Position numbers and translations under genes: made by a program | Part shown: positions 12,701 to 25,665 of the stretch, in pieces | Layout: the number at the start of each line of letters is the position of its first letter | Numbering within the stretch: position 1 is the first letter of the stretch | Assembly: GCA_013265495.1 (NCBI GenBank) | Contig: MU058065.1 | Location: 7,688,302-7,752,301, forward strand | Source of the DNA: Vicugna vicugna | Lineage: Eukaryota | Reading direction: 5' to 3' | Length of the DNA: 64,000 nucleotides | Notes under the pieces: generated by a model | Seen by the model: the letters and a program-made list of their open reading frames with translations, nothing else | Database searches by the model: none | Told to the model about the DNA's origin: nothing

Positions 12701-14569
12701 GCTGCAAATTTGCAGAAATTCCTGTACTCCAAAATATAACGCAAGTCAGCAGATCAAAAAGAAAGGCACTTTGTTTTGTTTTTCCTTTTCAACCAGGGAT
12801 TACATTAAACTGTGTTATTAGAGAGGTTATTGTGGGCTGATCTGAGCTGAGGCACTAGGGGGTTACTTACGAAGGAAAAGCTATGACCCTGTTCAGGCAG
12901 AGCATACCATCCCATGAGACAGAGTGAGAAAATGCAAGCAGGTTGGGAAAATATGAAAGGAAATAAATTAGCTTGCATAATTAGAAACACTGTGAGTAAA
13001 AACCAGATGTTGATGGGATTGGTGGGAGGCTGTGGGTAGTGTGGAAGAGGTGAGTGAGGTGGGGAATGAGGAAAAGAAGATTTTGGAAGATTCCCGGAAA
13101 AGCCAGAAGCAGAGGTAAATGTTTGGTTCCTGTGGAGCCTGTGGCTTGGCAGATAGGGGAAGACCATCCCTAAGCTGGGGGGGTCGTTTGTGAAGAGATA
13201 AAGAAGACCACGTATATCACACGCATGCCCATCCCACCCCCGTCACTCATTCATCTTCCCTAGGCAGGCTGAAGCAGGGAGTTGCTCTTTCTTGTCCTCT
13301 TTCTCACCCTGCCCCTCACGAGAGGGAAAAGGAACAGAGGCGGATGGGAGCTTGGACGCCAAGTCTCCAATTTCGTGCTGATGTTCGGCTGGGGAAGGAA
13401 ATCATGAAACCTAATTGCCTCTCAGAACAGCATTTGTGTGATTTTCCCATGAGGTATCAGAGGGTATTGAGTGTAATTGGTCACAGGGTCACCAGGGTTT
13501 AATGTCTGTCCTGGCTCTGGGTTTCTGCATTACTCTACCCCTGGCAAGTGAGCCTGCCTGATCTCAACCAGTAGTCTCAGTCCCATGCCAAACTCTGAGA
13601 CCAATCTTGGTTTCTGGCAGTGGTCAACTTTTTGTCTACTCTGCTGTCTTGCTACTGGTCCAGCTTGACTGTGGCTATCTTATTCCCCAATAATCAGGTT
13701 CTTACCAATTTTATGATCAAACCTCTGTCATAAGCCCAAGTTTTCTCCTAAGTTGCTTCTCTCTCTTGTGTTTCCATCTTCAGTGATTGAGATCCAGGCT
13801 TGTTTCCCAGTCTCCCCAGGGAGCCTTCCTTGAAGCCCAGTCTCATTAGCAGCTGGGATGCCCTGCCCCTGAACTCTAATTCTGTCCCTGCCAGGCCATC
13901 CAAAGCCAGCTTTCTGCCTATTCTTACTAATGTCCCTTGGACCTCCAGTAATCAAGGTATCATTCCTGCCTGAAAAGACTCTGGATCTTAGTATTGGTGT
14001 TCACTTCAGCCAGCGATACTCCTACACTCTTGCCTTTTGGAATAACATCAGATTCATAAATTCATATCTCTTGACACAAATTCCTGGCCTACTCAGATCT
14101 ACTGAGTTTCTGCCTGGCGTTCTGACCCATTCCAGCTTTTCTAAAGTTTGCTCACTTCACTAGCTGATACCTAAGATATAACAGAGAACATGCTGTAACA
14201 ACACTGTCTTCTACTTCTCAGATGTTCAGTCACTACAGGACCAAGTCCATTTGATCTGGACACCAGGCAGAAAAACTTCCCAGCTTGACTAACTCAGAAT
14301 CTACTGTTCTTATTGATCGACACAATCCACCCCATGTCTCCCAAAAACCTACTGGAATTTCAGTTCTCTGATCTTTTTTCTCATACAGAAGTGAGTTGAA
14401 TGGAAAGGGGAAAAAAATGCCTAAAGTTTCTGGAATTTCTTGGGAAGAGGTGGTATGGAAACTCCCAAGACCTCATAGCAAATCTAGGTCTGAAAGGAAG
14501 GCTATGAAATAGCAGGAAGAAAAAGTCAAGGTATTGATCCTTGTGATTCTGTTGCTATGAGAGTCCTGT

Positions 14570-15088
14570 GACTTGTAGAATCCCCTTACCTCAGGTGTGA
14601 AGTGGACCTAGTGATTCTCCTGCAAAAAAATAGAACATGGGACGAAGTGACTGGATAGGACTTCTGAGATTGGGTTATAAAAAGACTTTGACTTCTGTCT
14701 TGCGCTTCTTTACTTTCTCCCCTGCTTGTTTGTTCTAATGGAAACCAGCTCCTACTTTAGGAGCTGCCCCATGGAGAACCCCACATGGCAAAGAACTGAA
14801 GGAGGCCCCTGGACAATAGACAGCAAAGAACCCTCAGTCCAAAGGTCCATGTGGAACTGAGACCTGCCAACAACCAGGTGAGTGAACTTGGGGTCTATCT
14901 TTCAAATGAGACCACAGTCCCTGCAGATAACCTTGTATGCAGCCTTGTGAGAGACCTTAAGGAAGAGGTGCCCAGCCAAGAGGTACCTGGATTCCTGATC
15001 CACAGAAGGTGTAAGATAATAAATGTTGGTGGTTTTAAGCACCTAGGTTTTGAGGTAATTTGTTGCACAGCAATAGATATCTAATATA
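14570..15088 (+). mobile_element. MLT1E-like MaLR solo LTR
   Basis: ccccacatggcaaagaactgaaggaggcc...cctgccaacaaccaggtgagtgaacttgg...aataaatgttggtggttttaagc...ttgttgcacagcaatagatatctaatata. Confidence 0.85.
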
Positions 15089-15424
15089 AGCTTCAGAGAA
15101 TTGGATGTGTGCCTTCTCTATGCCCAGAACTGTGACACATGCTATGGAGGGTTCAGAACAAGTTAGGACCCTCAGAGAATTGGGGCAACCACCATAAGCC
15201 ACAAGAAATAAAAAGGAACCTCAGTATCATATTGTGTCATTAGTTTTTATGTCCCCCAAACTCATAAAAAATCCCTCGTAAATTCCATGAAAAACAATAT
15301 TCTTTTAAAGGCAGAAAAAAAAATTGTATTGTGGGGTGGATTGTTATGGAGCAGCCTGAATTTCATTAGCACAAAAATTGGCAGGAAGGAGCCTATCTGT
15401 AAGCATGTTCTATTTTGTCAACTG

Positions 15425-15655
15425 TATTAACTTTTTAAACTGGTCACCAACATATCAAATCAGGACATTTTACATAAACATCAACTTCCTGTTTGTCTTG
15501 AAATATTAAAAGATCTGGCCTCACTGGGTTTACACTCTGACTGAAACCGATGCTTAGTACAAAGTAGGCCCTTTCCTCCCCTCTAGATTGGACATGTGCT
15601 ATTCATTTTGCCACAGTCCCCACCCAGCCCACTTCCCTAATTTAAGCTGCCTGGC
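15425..15655. mobile_element. MER102-like hAT-Charlie DNA transposon fragment
   Basis: caccaacatatcaaatcaggacattttacataaa...aagatctggcctcactggg...catgtgctattcattttgccacagtccccacc resembles MER102. Confidence 0.65.
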
Positions 15656-17684
15656 ATTTCAGTTCATAAATGATGCTATAAGCCCTCTCTCTGATCTTTT
15701 TGAGCGCAGAGTTCTTCAGATCTTCAATGGTCACTGTGGCCCCCAAGGATGACAGCCCTGATACTCTGCCTCTGTGAAAATTCCTTGAGTAAAAAGCCCA
15801 CGAGTTGGTCCACCACAGGTGCTCAGTAAGTTTTCCCTTACTTTTCTGCCATTCTCTGGATACAGTCAACACAATTCTTTTTTTACAGTACTTGTGAACT
15901 TTTTGGAAATAACAAGCGCTTTTCTACACTTGCTCATTGTATTGTTGGAATCCTGGGATGACTCCAGACCTTCCCTCCTATATCCTAAGCTCAACTATGG
16001 ATACAATCGTAAACAGAAGAAACCAAATCCAGCTCTTACAGGGTATACAGGGTAAACTCAGGAAGATTAATACTGTTTGAGTAAATGCAGTGACCTAATT
16101 GGGATGACATTTCTAGTTCCTTTCAGGTGTAGGAACCTATAATGCACCCCCTTAAGAAAGCTGTTTCCCCTTTCTTCTCCCTTCCTGTTTTTGGTTCCAG
16201 CATGAATGGATCTTCTTAGCCTTCTTAGGAAGTACAACATCCTGTATTCTGGATGAGTCCAGGGCCCACCAGAGCTTTGGAAAAGCAGAATGAGATGGAG
16301 GAGTGATCCAAGGAAAGGTTTGTCTCATCTCTGCTTCTTTGAAGAAATTCCTCATAACTTATCCCAGAGAAATTTACCACCCAAGCTCTCAAAGGCCATG
16401 GAAGAAGAAAGAGAGAAAAGAGATATCTAACTTCTCCAAGAAGAAAGACAATGTCTGGATTAGCAAGGCCCACTGGTCTCCAAGGTTAATTCATGCTGTC
16501 CTCATGCACGTTGGACTCATGGTCTGGCTCTGACCTCTGAAGGATGGCTCCTGACCAACAGTCTCTGGAGGAAGCAGAGGCTGAAGCCTGGGAGGATCTT
16601 GGCCAGGGCCACAGCCATGACCTCAGACCCTTCAACTGCACCTGAGTACACACTTCCAGGGGAGATGTGCTCTCCATGGAGGAACGACAGCTCTGGCTCA
16701 TGGGGTCCCTGTGAGATCACCCCAGCTGGTCTAAATTAGTGTCACACATACACACACACACACACTTTTTTTCAAAAGTCCAGAAAACATAGAATCTTCT
16801 TTCTTCTTTCTTGATTCTGTACTCTGACCTTCTGCTAAATCAACTTTTATAAAGTGTAATTTTCTCTTCTGCTTACCTAAAATGTTTCCGTACTGAATTT
16901 GCTGAGCAGCCAACACATTTGTGAAAGCACACAGGCACGCTAAACTCACTTCCTAAGCCAGCTTCACACCTGAGTATGAAGAAGGTGTCTGGCCCTCAAA
17001 AAATGAACAAAAGTTTCCCGACAAAGGAATAACTTCCTGTTGCCAAGGGAAAATTTGCTCCATCTCCCACCCACCCCCCCAACTCCTTTGCCCCCCTCCT
17101 CCCCCTTTCTTCTTTCTCTCCCCTGAATTTCAGCTGCCAGTGAGGTGAGATCCCAAAGCCCAAATAAGTGGAGGAAGTTTCACGTCTTCTCAACTGAATA
17201 ATTCCAGCTAACCCAAGCATACAGTGTTCACATATAATGTTTGCACATTTAGGTTTGCTGCCTGCTGGGCTGATTTCTCTCTCCCTCTCCCTCTCTCTCT
17301 CTCCTTCCAAATCAAGGGCTGAAGATAGAAGAGAAAGTCTGAATCATATTCAAAACACAGAGTGAATAAGACTAATTTCAAAAGAAAGAGAAAACAAGAG
17401 ACCTTCTTTTTCTTTTTTTTTTCCTTAAACTTCTTCAGTCTTAAAGGCCCTTTACTTTGAAAAAAACTTTTGGTATTTTGCTTCATAAAACTCTAGTGTG
17501 AGAAAAAAATAAAGGCAGGCACATTGACACAAATATGTAGCCTTATACAGATAAGTTCGTGTTTATTATGTCATGTCTTCTGTTGATAAGGGAAAGCAAG
17601 AATTGACACAAAGAAAATGCTCACCCAGTTTTATTTCTAAAGACAAATCTCTCTGTATCAGTTAATGTCCAACAACAAAAAAAA

Positions 17685-18185
17685 TAATGAAAATCACACC
17701 TCAGTCTCTAAAACAGAGAGATTTTAGTATAGGGAATTAGTTACCCAGGTGATGGAAGAGCTGAAAAGTCAGATGGGAGACAAGGAGGCAAATCAGAAGG
17801 TAACAACAACAAGACGCAGCTGTCAGCTGTAGGATGCAGGGACAAGGAGGAGACAGAGCTATCAGAGTCAAGGGCTGGGGCCACCAGACAGTAGCTGGAA
17901 CCCCAAGACACCTGTCTGTTAGGATCCGGATTCCAGGAAGACAGGCAGCTGCTACTCGAGAAATCCCCCAAGACCGGGAAAGTGAAGGAGAAATAACATG
18001 GCACCTATTTTCCTCCCTCCCTCTCATCTCCATCCAGTGCCTTCTACTGTCTGAACCCAGCTGGAAGCCGCCTAGTCCCTGGATCCTGGGAAATGCAACC
18101 TGAAAATGGTCAGCCCCTGAGGCACCGAGCTGAGCTGAGGAACATGAGAGATGTGGCTGAAGTCAAACAGGCTTCAGATCCACAT
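17685..18185 (-). mobile_element. LTR33-family ERVL LTR
   Basis: gagattttagtatagggaattagttacccaggtgatggaagagctgaaaagtca...tgccttctactgtctgaacccagctggaagcc resembles antisense LTR33-like sequence. Confidence 0.65.
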
Positions 18186-19254
18186 ATGCCCCTCCCACCA
18201 CTCCTTCTGCTGCATCCCCACTGCCAACAACCCCACCTAACCATTGAACAAGCTTGGTGTAGATTCTAGATGGGCTGGAAATTGAGTCTGCAAGGAAACA
18301 CACCTTGGGAGTAAAGCTCAAGTTCACACCCAAATTCAGCTCTACCAGGTTCTCATCTTGGGCAGTTTTCCCCTAATCACTGGGCTGCCACCCCACTAGT
18401 CTGCGTGTCCAGTCTTAGGCTGTGGGAAATGCAATGAGCTCCAGGCAGAGCATGGCAAATTCCTCCAGACCCTTGTCAGGGAGCATTCAAACTGAAGCTG
18501 AGCTAGAAGTGTGCTCTCAGAGGGAGGCACAGGGTATTTTGTCCTATTCAGTACCAAAAGCAATGAGTAACCACAGGAGAGGATGCAGGGTGAGACAAGA
18601 GATGTTGGGAGATCTTCCTAGATGTCTGCTGCAGGCTTTTTTAAGCTTTTTCAACAGCCAGGCCTTGCTAAACATGTGCCCCCTTGCCCACTCCCTACCC
18701 TCCAAGGCTGGCACAAAGCCTCTGGAGATAAAAACGTCAGAAGATTGTCTTGTTCAGAAAGGCTCATAAAAGAGCCTTGCAGTCACTCTTAAATAATCCA
18801 CTCAGAATAGAATTCAACAAATCACAACTAAATCCTCCTTTTGGCAAAATGCTTCCAACTTAATTACAACTATTATTGCTTGTGTTACCGAACATGTCTT
18901 TCTCTGCCCTTAAAAATGGAGGAGGAGGAGAGAAGCAAAAATAAAATATAAACAGAGGAATGGAAAATTACCCCAGCAAAGTGTACTGCCTAAACAATGA
19001 CTAAGGGGGCCGTGATATGCATCAACAGGGATCCGTGTGCATAAACAGTGTGATGGGGAGGATGATGATGTGGGTGAGCTAGAGGGTTTCCTTTCCCTGG
19101 GGAGCCAAGGAGCAAGGTCACCATTAGGAGGATGGCTGAGAGAGCCGGGTCCTTTCAACTTCGGTCTGGAAGGCCCTGACTGGACAGTGGTTGGACACAG
19201 ATCCTGCAGCCCCAGCACTTTATGATTCAGTTAATGAGGCTGAGAGAGAACAGT

Positions 19255-19830
19255 GAAGCAGGATCTGGGGCTGAGGCTCCTGAGTCAGACTGCCTTGACT
19301 CATGGTTGTTTCACCTCTTGCTTGTTTTGTCACCTGAGGCAAGTGGTTTACTCCTTCAGAGCCTCAGATTCCTCACCTGTAAAATGAGATGCGCCAGGCA
19401 CTGTTCTTGTTGCTGGAAATACAGTGAGTGGGGGTTGGTGTTGAGTGGGGAGGACATCCTTGTTCTCAAGGGTATTCTGGTGGGGGAGGGAAGATAATAA
19501 TCAGGTTAACAAACAAATATAGCAGATAATAATGGTGGGTGATATAAAGAGAAATGAAAGTCCAAGTTAGGAGAAAGAGTGACAGCAGAAGGGTATGAGC
19601 TATGTGTAGAGTGGTCAGGAAAGATCTCTGAACATGTGACTTTCAAAGAGATGTGAACAAGGAGTGCAGGCAGGGGAAGCCACAAGGTATTTATGGGGAG
19701 GGTGTTACAGGCAGAGGGAACAGCAAGTGTAAATACCCTGTGGCTTCTAAGGCTTGTTATATGGCTATAATATAAGGCACTAATACAGCTCCTGGCACGT
19801 AGGAAGACATAATAAATGTTAGCTATTATT
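19255..19830 (+). mobile_element. MIR SINE interrupted by an antisense L2 piece (about 19390-19745)
   Basis: MIR 5' and core end at cctcagattcctcacctgtaaaatgag. Antisense L2 follows (gccaggcactgttct...caggcagagggaacagcaagtg), then the MIR tail (cctggcacgtaggaagacataataaatgttagctattatt). Confidence 0.7.
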
Positions 19831-21779
19831 TTCAGTCATAAATGGAATATCCATAAATACACTTTTGCTCAAGGTACAGCAGCCAGAGCGGTGACAGGAT
19901 CAGCAACCCTCCTCAGCTTCAAACCTTGCTCTTCCCCCACCCTCTATAACATTCTTCTGCTGATGAAGACAGATGGTGTTTTCAGCTTTCAGTTGTCTGC
20001 AAAGTAAAAAGGGGCCCAACACATGGTAACCGAAACCAGCAGATAACCCAAAAGTCCTGTCTATGCTTTTAACAGATGACCTTGCATAAAAGATGTACTT
20101 GCCTAGTTATGTTGTATTCACTCTGCTATCAACAGAAGGGTCATGTGGTGTAGAAGTTGGCATCACAAGCCAAGTCATCGATTCCTGGTTATATGATATC
20201 AGGCAAGTTCCCTTGACTTTCTGAGCTCACAAGGTTGTTTTGGGGACAACTGTGGGGGCCCTTTGTGAACCACAGAACTGCATTTGATTATTGCTTTATG
20301 ATAAAAGTTGAGTGAATCTTCTGAGCTCACAAACCACGACTGTGGTGGGACATGGCCCACACACGTTTTGGATGACTAGGAGACACACAAGCCTGAGACC
20401 AACATTTGCCCTAAGGAAGCAAAAAAAGCCACTCAGAGTCACAAAGGGACTTTTCTGTTTTTAATACTCCCTAGGATGAGAGTTGATGACATTTGTTTAG
20501 ATTGGCATTGAGGGGGAATCATTCTATTGTGCATCCAAGTTGTTTAGAAAAGAGCTGATGACACTGCCAACAATTTGATTAGAACAGGCACACGCTGCAG
20601 GGCATAAAGTGGATGAGGGGATTTCTCACACTTTTCTGCTGAAATATATACCACAAAGCTAAGCCCTAGGCGTGACATGGCTTCAGAGGAGGCTCAATCC
20701 AATGCTAAGCTGAGTAAGGCTTTCAAGAGCTGCAACTGAGATTCTCAAGGTACAGATTCAAAGAGACCGGTATGTTCACTTCAGTCATCTTCCATTATTT
20801 CAGAATCACTGAATTTTAAAGGTAAAAGAAATGAAGAGGTCTCTGCAAGTGAATCCTTCTAAGTGCTGTGAATTAAAAAAAAAGCAATGAAAAATTAGGG
20901 AAAGACTCATTGAGGTGCTATATTTTACGATTAGGATACTAACAGTCCAGTACCAGCCCAGGCTATAATTGAGCATAGGGCATTCACTGGGGCAAACAGA
21001 AACTGCCCCTGAAACTCAATTTAGTAATAAACACTGGCAGAAAAAGGAGGACAGAGAAGAATAAAGAGGACTCACTTAAAATTCCTGACACACAAGATTC
21101 TTTCAAAACAGCAAATCTGATTGGGTTCATTTGGGTCAGGTTGGATTGGGTTGGTCACCCACATGTTTGCTCATGGTCAGAAGTTCAAAGAGTCACTCAA
21201 TAGGTATCGGACAAAGTTGCAAGCAAGCTCTCCACCCAAGCTTGATATCAACTCAAAATCCAGTTGGGTTGGGGGAGGACATAGCAGAGTAGAGAAGGCA
21301 CATATAAATTTTCCAAATAACGGTGCTTTCAGGAATTCTGAAGCCTTCCCAATGCTCCTGAAGATGCATGTTCTCACATTAAAATCCAGTTCCCATAACT
21401 TGTGGGCAAGAACCTAACCCTCTTTCTATTGACCAGAGGGGTGGAGGGTGATAGTTGTGTTACAAAGCCCAAATTTCAACCCAATCTGGAGCAAGCACTG
21501 GTCTCCCATCAAGAAGATGAGAAGGAAGAGAGATAATGCCAGGAAGCATGTCTGATTCTCCAAAGACCAGGTACAATCAAGTCTAGTTGTACTGTACAGG
21601 CAAAGTGTTCATAACTAATCTACCATGAACATGTTGCTTTGAAGGAAACCAATGTCATCTAGATCTTTCCTACTTAACCCTCCCAACATCCTGGGAGCAT
21701 CTCTAGTAGCTAATAGATGGGCAATGGAAACTTTAGTAAGGACGACCATTCTGGATCATTTACTTTTTAGGAGAAAAAG

Positions 21780-21882
21780 TAGGGAAGGGAAACAAGAAGA
21801 GTAAAGAGAAATAAAGAGGGAGAGAGAGGAGAAGGGAGGAGGAAAAGGGATAGGAGAAAATAAGATAGAGAATGATGAAGAG
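21780..21882. repeat. GA-rich polypurine low-complexity tract
   Basis: Almost all A/G for about 100 bp. Confidence 0.85.
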
Positions 21883-23371
21883 ATTGCCTGCTGTTGCATT
21901 AAAAAATATGAGATTAGAAATCTGAACTGAGCTCAAATTTTACTTTAGTGGCTAAATAGTTTTTATTTCAACCCAGTCATAATGGGGGAAAATTCAGTAA
22001 ATAAAGTGAGTGGAATCCCATATCAAGTAAGCAAGTTTACATGAAAATTTTGGCTTCCTTACCAACCCTTCCCAGGGTCACTTTCTCCCTCAATCATTGT
22101 CCACTCATCTCTTCCCAGTTCTATCTCAAGCCTAAAAGGGACCTTGACATTGATACTGAGCCAGACTTCCAAAGAACTCAGATACTTTTGGACCTTCCAC
22201 AAACTTTGGGGTCTTAAAGGCTAGGGGCTGTGACTCTTAACATGGAATGATTGATTAGATGCCTGTTATCAGGAGATTTAAATTGATTCCTAAGTAACAC
22301 AAAACCCCACTGGAAAAAGGATTGGGAAGAAAATGGATTTTCCAACTGTGAAATTGTGCCCACTGGAGCTCAGTTCTTCCAACTGCCCACATTTGGGGGT
22401 CAGCTGGGGAGCCGGAGGTATTGACATCACATAGGAGCATGATCCCAAAAGCCTGGGGCAGAGACTTGGATTTCTGAGCCCTGTGGAAGGCCCTTCATTG
22501 GTAGCCAAAGTTTTAAAATGTGCTTGACAAGCAGATAGGAAAATTGGCCGTATATACCTCTACTGTAACAGAACTATTTGCTTTGAGGACTGTGCCTGGA
22601 GTCATTGCTTTGAGGGGAAAAATGTATGTATAACTTTGGGAAATAATGACTTATTTCTGCAAAAAAATCCTTGTCTGTGGGTCTTACCTTTGGGGAATGC
22701 AAGGGCTTCCTTCTGTAGTTATGTCCCCATTTCAGCTTTATTCAAAGGCACTCACTGAGGGCCTCTTGGGATCTGGTCCAGAGAAGAGGCACCATTCTGA
22801 GAGACTCACAGGACAGGGCCAAGTCTTTATGTATCTAAGGCAGACATGTAGATAGCAAAACACAGAGAAAACCACTGTTTACTTAATACTGGGGTGTCTC
22901 ATAGCTTTAAATATGTGAAAGAGACAGTCCTCATTATTTATCAGTTAACTGAATTGGGTTTATTTTATACTCAGAGTTGTTGTTGTTGTTGTTAATAACC
23001 AATCACTTTGGAAATGAAAGAATACAGAAAAAAAATATATTCTCTAAGATTCAACTCCACTTTATGGATTTTCAGGAAAAAAAAATTGGGTTGGAATTCC
23101 TACTTCACCATTTTCTTACCAATATGACTTTACACAAAGAATCTGAAAAGTGGGGCTGATAAGACACTTCTTACAAGGTTGTCATGAAGGCGAATGCTTT
23201 CTGATCCAGGTGTGTGCTACTGAGTAGGCATGCAGTAAGGGGAAGATATAACTGCTATTGCTGTGATTTGGATGAGCTGATGCATAATTATCTCACAAGC
23301 AGACCACAGGGCTGTTAACAAATGCACATTCTACTTGTTGAGTGAGCCCCCAGGAAATATCTCTACCATAT

Positions 23372-23615
23372 AGCAGATGGTGGAGTGGCTGAGAACACAA
23401 CCTCAGGGCAAATGCCAGGACTCAAATGCTGACCACTCTACTTGCAATAGGAACTGGTTAAATTCCTTAACTTTTCTGTGCCTTGGCTTCCTCACAGTAA
23501 ACAATCATACTGTCTACTTCATGGAGCTAGACTGAGGATTAACTGAGATAACGCATGTAAAATGTGCTCCAAACAAATGCCTGGTACATAGTAAACACTG
23601 GATAAAGGTGAGATA
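23372..23615 (+). mobile_element. MIR SINE
   Basis: ttccttaacttttctgtgccttggcttcctca...tgaggattaactgagataacgcatgtaaa...tgcctggtacatagtaaacact. Confidence 0.8.
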
Positions 23616-24369
23616 TCTATGGTCTAACTTTTAGCCAGGAATTGGCTAAAAGAATGGAACTTATTTTTTTTTTAATGTAAGTGTGCTTTATCTAATTTTT
23701 TTTTCACTTGAGGGGAGGGATGCGTTATGAGTTCAATGGATTAGACTGGAGACATACATATGTCTTATGATAAGTTATAGAAACTTACTTGATATTGATC
23801 ACACTTGGGGACTGGAGGCTGGGTCACTCATTACCTGATATGATATTAAGTTTCCTGATCTCTAAAAAGAGGGTAATAAGATCTACTTTAAGAGCTATCG
23901 GAAAATGATGGGAGTAGAGCATGAAGATTTTGGCACAGAGTTGGTACACGTGTTTGTGTAATTGATTTTGTTGGGAAGACTCAGACAACTTAGGGCAGTG
24001 GAATTCTAGGAAGGAAATGGCCAGGTTGAAACGTCAATCAGTGATAAGAATACCGCTTATCTTCATTCTGTGCATGGCAGGTGGTCTGACAAGGAGAGGC
24101 TTGTGTAATAGGAACTCATTTTTGCATAAAACGACTATGCTTTTCTAATGCAGTTGCCTTATGATCTGTATTAAACATGATGTATATTGCTATAGATGAA
24201 AAATACGCAGAATGTTCTCAACATTCCTCCCACAAGGAGATCTCCTACTGTGGTGGATGGTTTAATGCAACAAAGGAATCCTTGATTTCTCTGGCCCCTA
24301 TTTCTCCTACTTTTTATTCTGGTTCAGCTACCTTTTATGTATCCATCACAAGAAAACAGTGAGTTCAAT

Positions 24370-24500
24370 ATAACCTTCATTCCATTGTATAGAAGAAGGA
24401 ACCAAAGCTCAGAGAGATTGAGAAAGGAATCCTAGAGCTCCAAGCTAGTGAGCATGAAAGCCAGGATTTGAGCCTATGCTTTGAGATGCTGTGGTCTGGC
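24370..24500 (-). mobile_element. MIR SINE fragment
   Basis: ccattgtatagaagaaggaaccaaagctcagagagattgag...gccaggatttgagcct. Confidence 0.7.
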
Positions 24501-25309
24501 TCCTTCCACTAAGCACTGCAGCCTCGGGTACACCATCCCTGCCTGTGAATATGTATGGTGGAGCTGGTCTGAGACACCGTCACTGGGGCCATGCCAGAAA
24601 AGTTGTGGCCATGGGCAGGAATTTTCTCCCCCTGTGATTTTTTGCTCATTCCCAAAACTATTTCAAAGGGGGGAGGGCTTTGAAACAGCAAAATGGGGGG
24701 GGGGCTTCCTGGTTATGTCTGAATTCTATAAATTAGGGCTTTATTTGAAGCATAAATTAAAAAAGAAAAAAATTAAAAAGCAATTCTAGGGGGAACTTAG
24801 CACCCTTTGTTGGTATTTTTCTCGGAAGCTTATAATGAGCTCATAAATGCTAATGAGAAATGCTCTGTGGCTCCCAGCAGTGCTGAGTCAAACCAGCCAC
24901 GTTAGAGGACAGAATTCCACCAGGACTCGGAATACGCATGCCACCCACCGCCGCTGAGCTGGTGTGTCTGCAGCAGGAGGGCACTACCGTCTGTTTTGTC
25001 AGCTTCCGCACTTGCCCACTTGCGCCTTCTCCACAGCGGTATCTCTGACCTGGATTATTCCCCGTGGATAATGACTCCAAAGGCCTCTTTTGAAAGGCAG
25101 TTCTAGGAGTTTTGCATTCTCCATAGGCTTGGGCATATGCTAAGTATCCGTTACAGTGCCAGAACTTAGCAAGGAGCTGTGAGAAGCGTCTTCCCATGTG
25201 CTGCCTTCCGTCTCATCACTTAGCAGCCTCAGCTGGGTGGCCCTAGGGTCTCTGTATCAACCACCGTCCCACTAGGAATAGAGAGAGAAGGCTGGGACAT
25301 GGTACAGGA

Positions 25310-25665
25310 CTTAAGGAAAGGGTTATCTGCAAGGTAAAACAGGGTTAAGGGGACTCAACAAGGGATGGTGAAGCCTCCTGCTCTGACAACACCCAATGTC
25401 AGGAGCTGTCACCACTCCTAGGCACACTGGGACAGGAGCATCTATGAGTGCCCTGGCTGGAAGAGAGGGCTGCTGTCCCCACAGCCTAGCTTGGGGGGAA
25501 CCCAGGGAAGACATCCCCCGGGCCCCTTCTATTCCCTCAGCCCAAAACAGGAGCCAGAAGACAAGGGAGCACATTGGTGAAGCCCAGAAGCAGACTTGGG
25601 GGTACAAAGCAGGATAGAGGAGAGGGGAGATCCAGATTAGAGGGGCTGAAGGAAATACTCCGCTA
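25310..25665 (-). mobile_element. LTR33-family ERVL LTR
   Basis: cagggttaaggggactcaacaagggatggtgaagc...gagccagaagacaagggagc...gattagaggggctgaaggaaatactcc; homologous in reverse to 50225-50714. Confidence 0.65.

Noticed and set aside
15704..15831. Possible + strand exon ending at a CA|GTAAGT donor
   Set aside because: Weak acceptor, the single open frame gives an unrecognisable peptide, and there are no partner exons. It needs RNA evidence.
23628..23652. Hairpin CTTTTAGCCA-ggaat-TGGCTAAAAG
   Set aside because: A single 10-bp stem with a short loop is within chance expectation for 64 kb and has no supporting context.
24968..24987. CTCF-like motif gcagcaggagggcacta
   Set aside because: Out of register with the CCASYAGRKGGC core by one base; a weak match.
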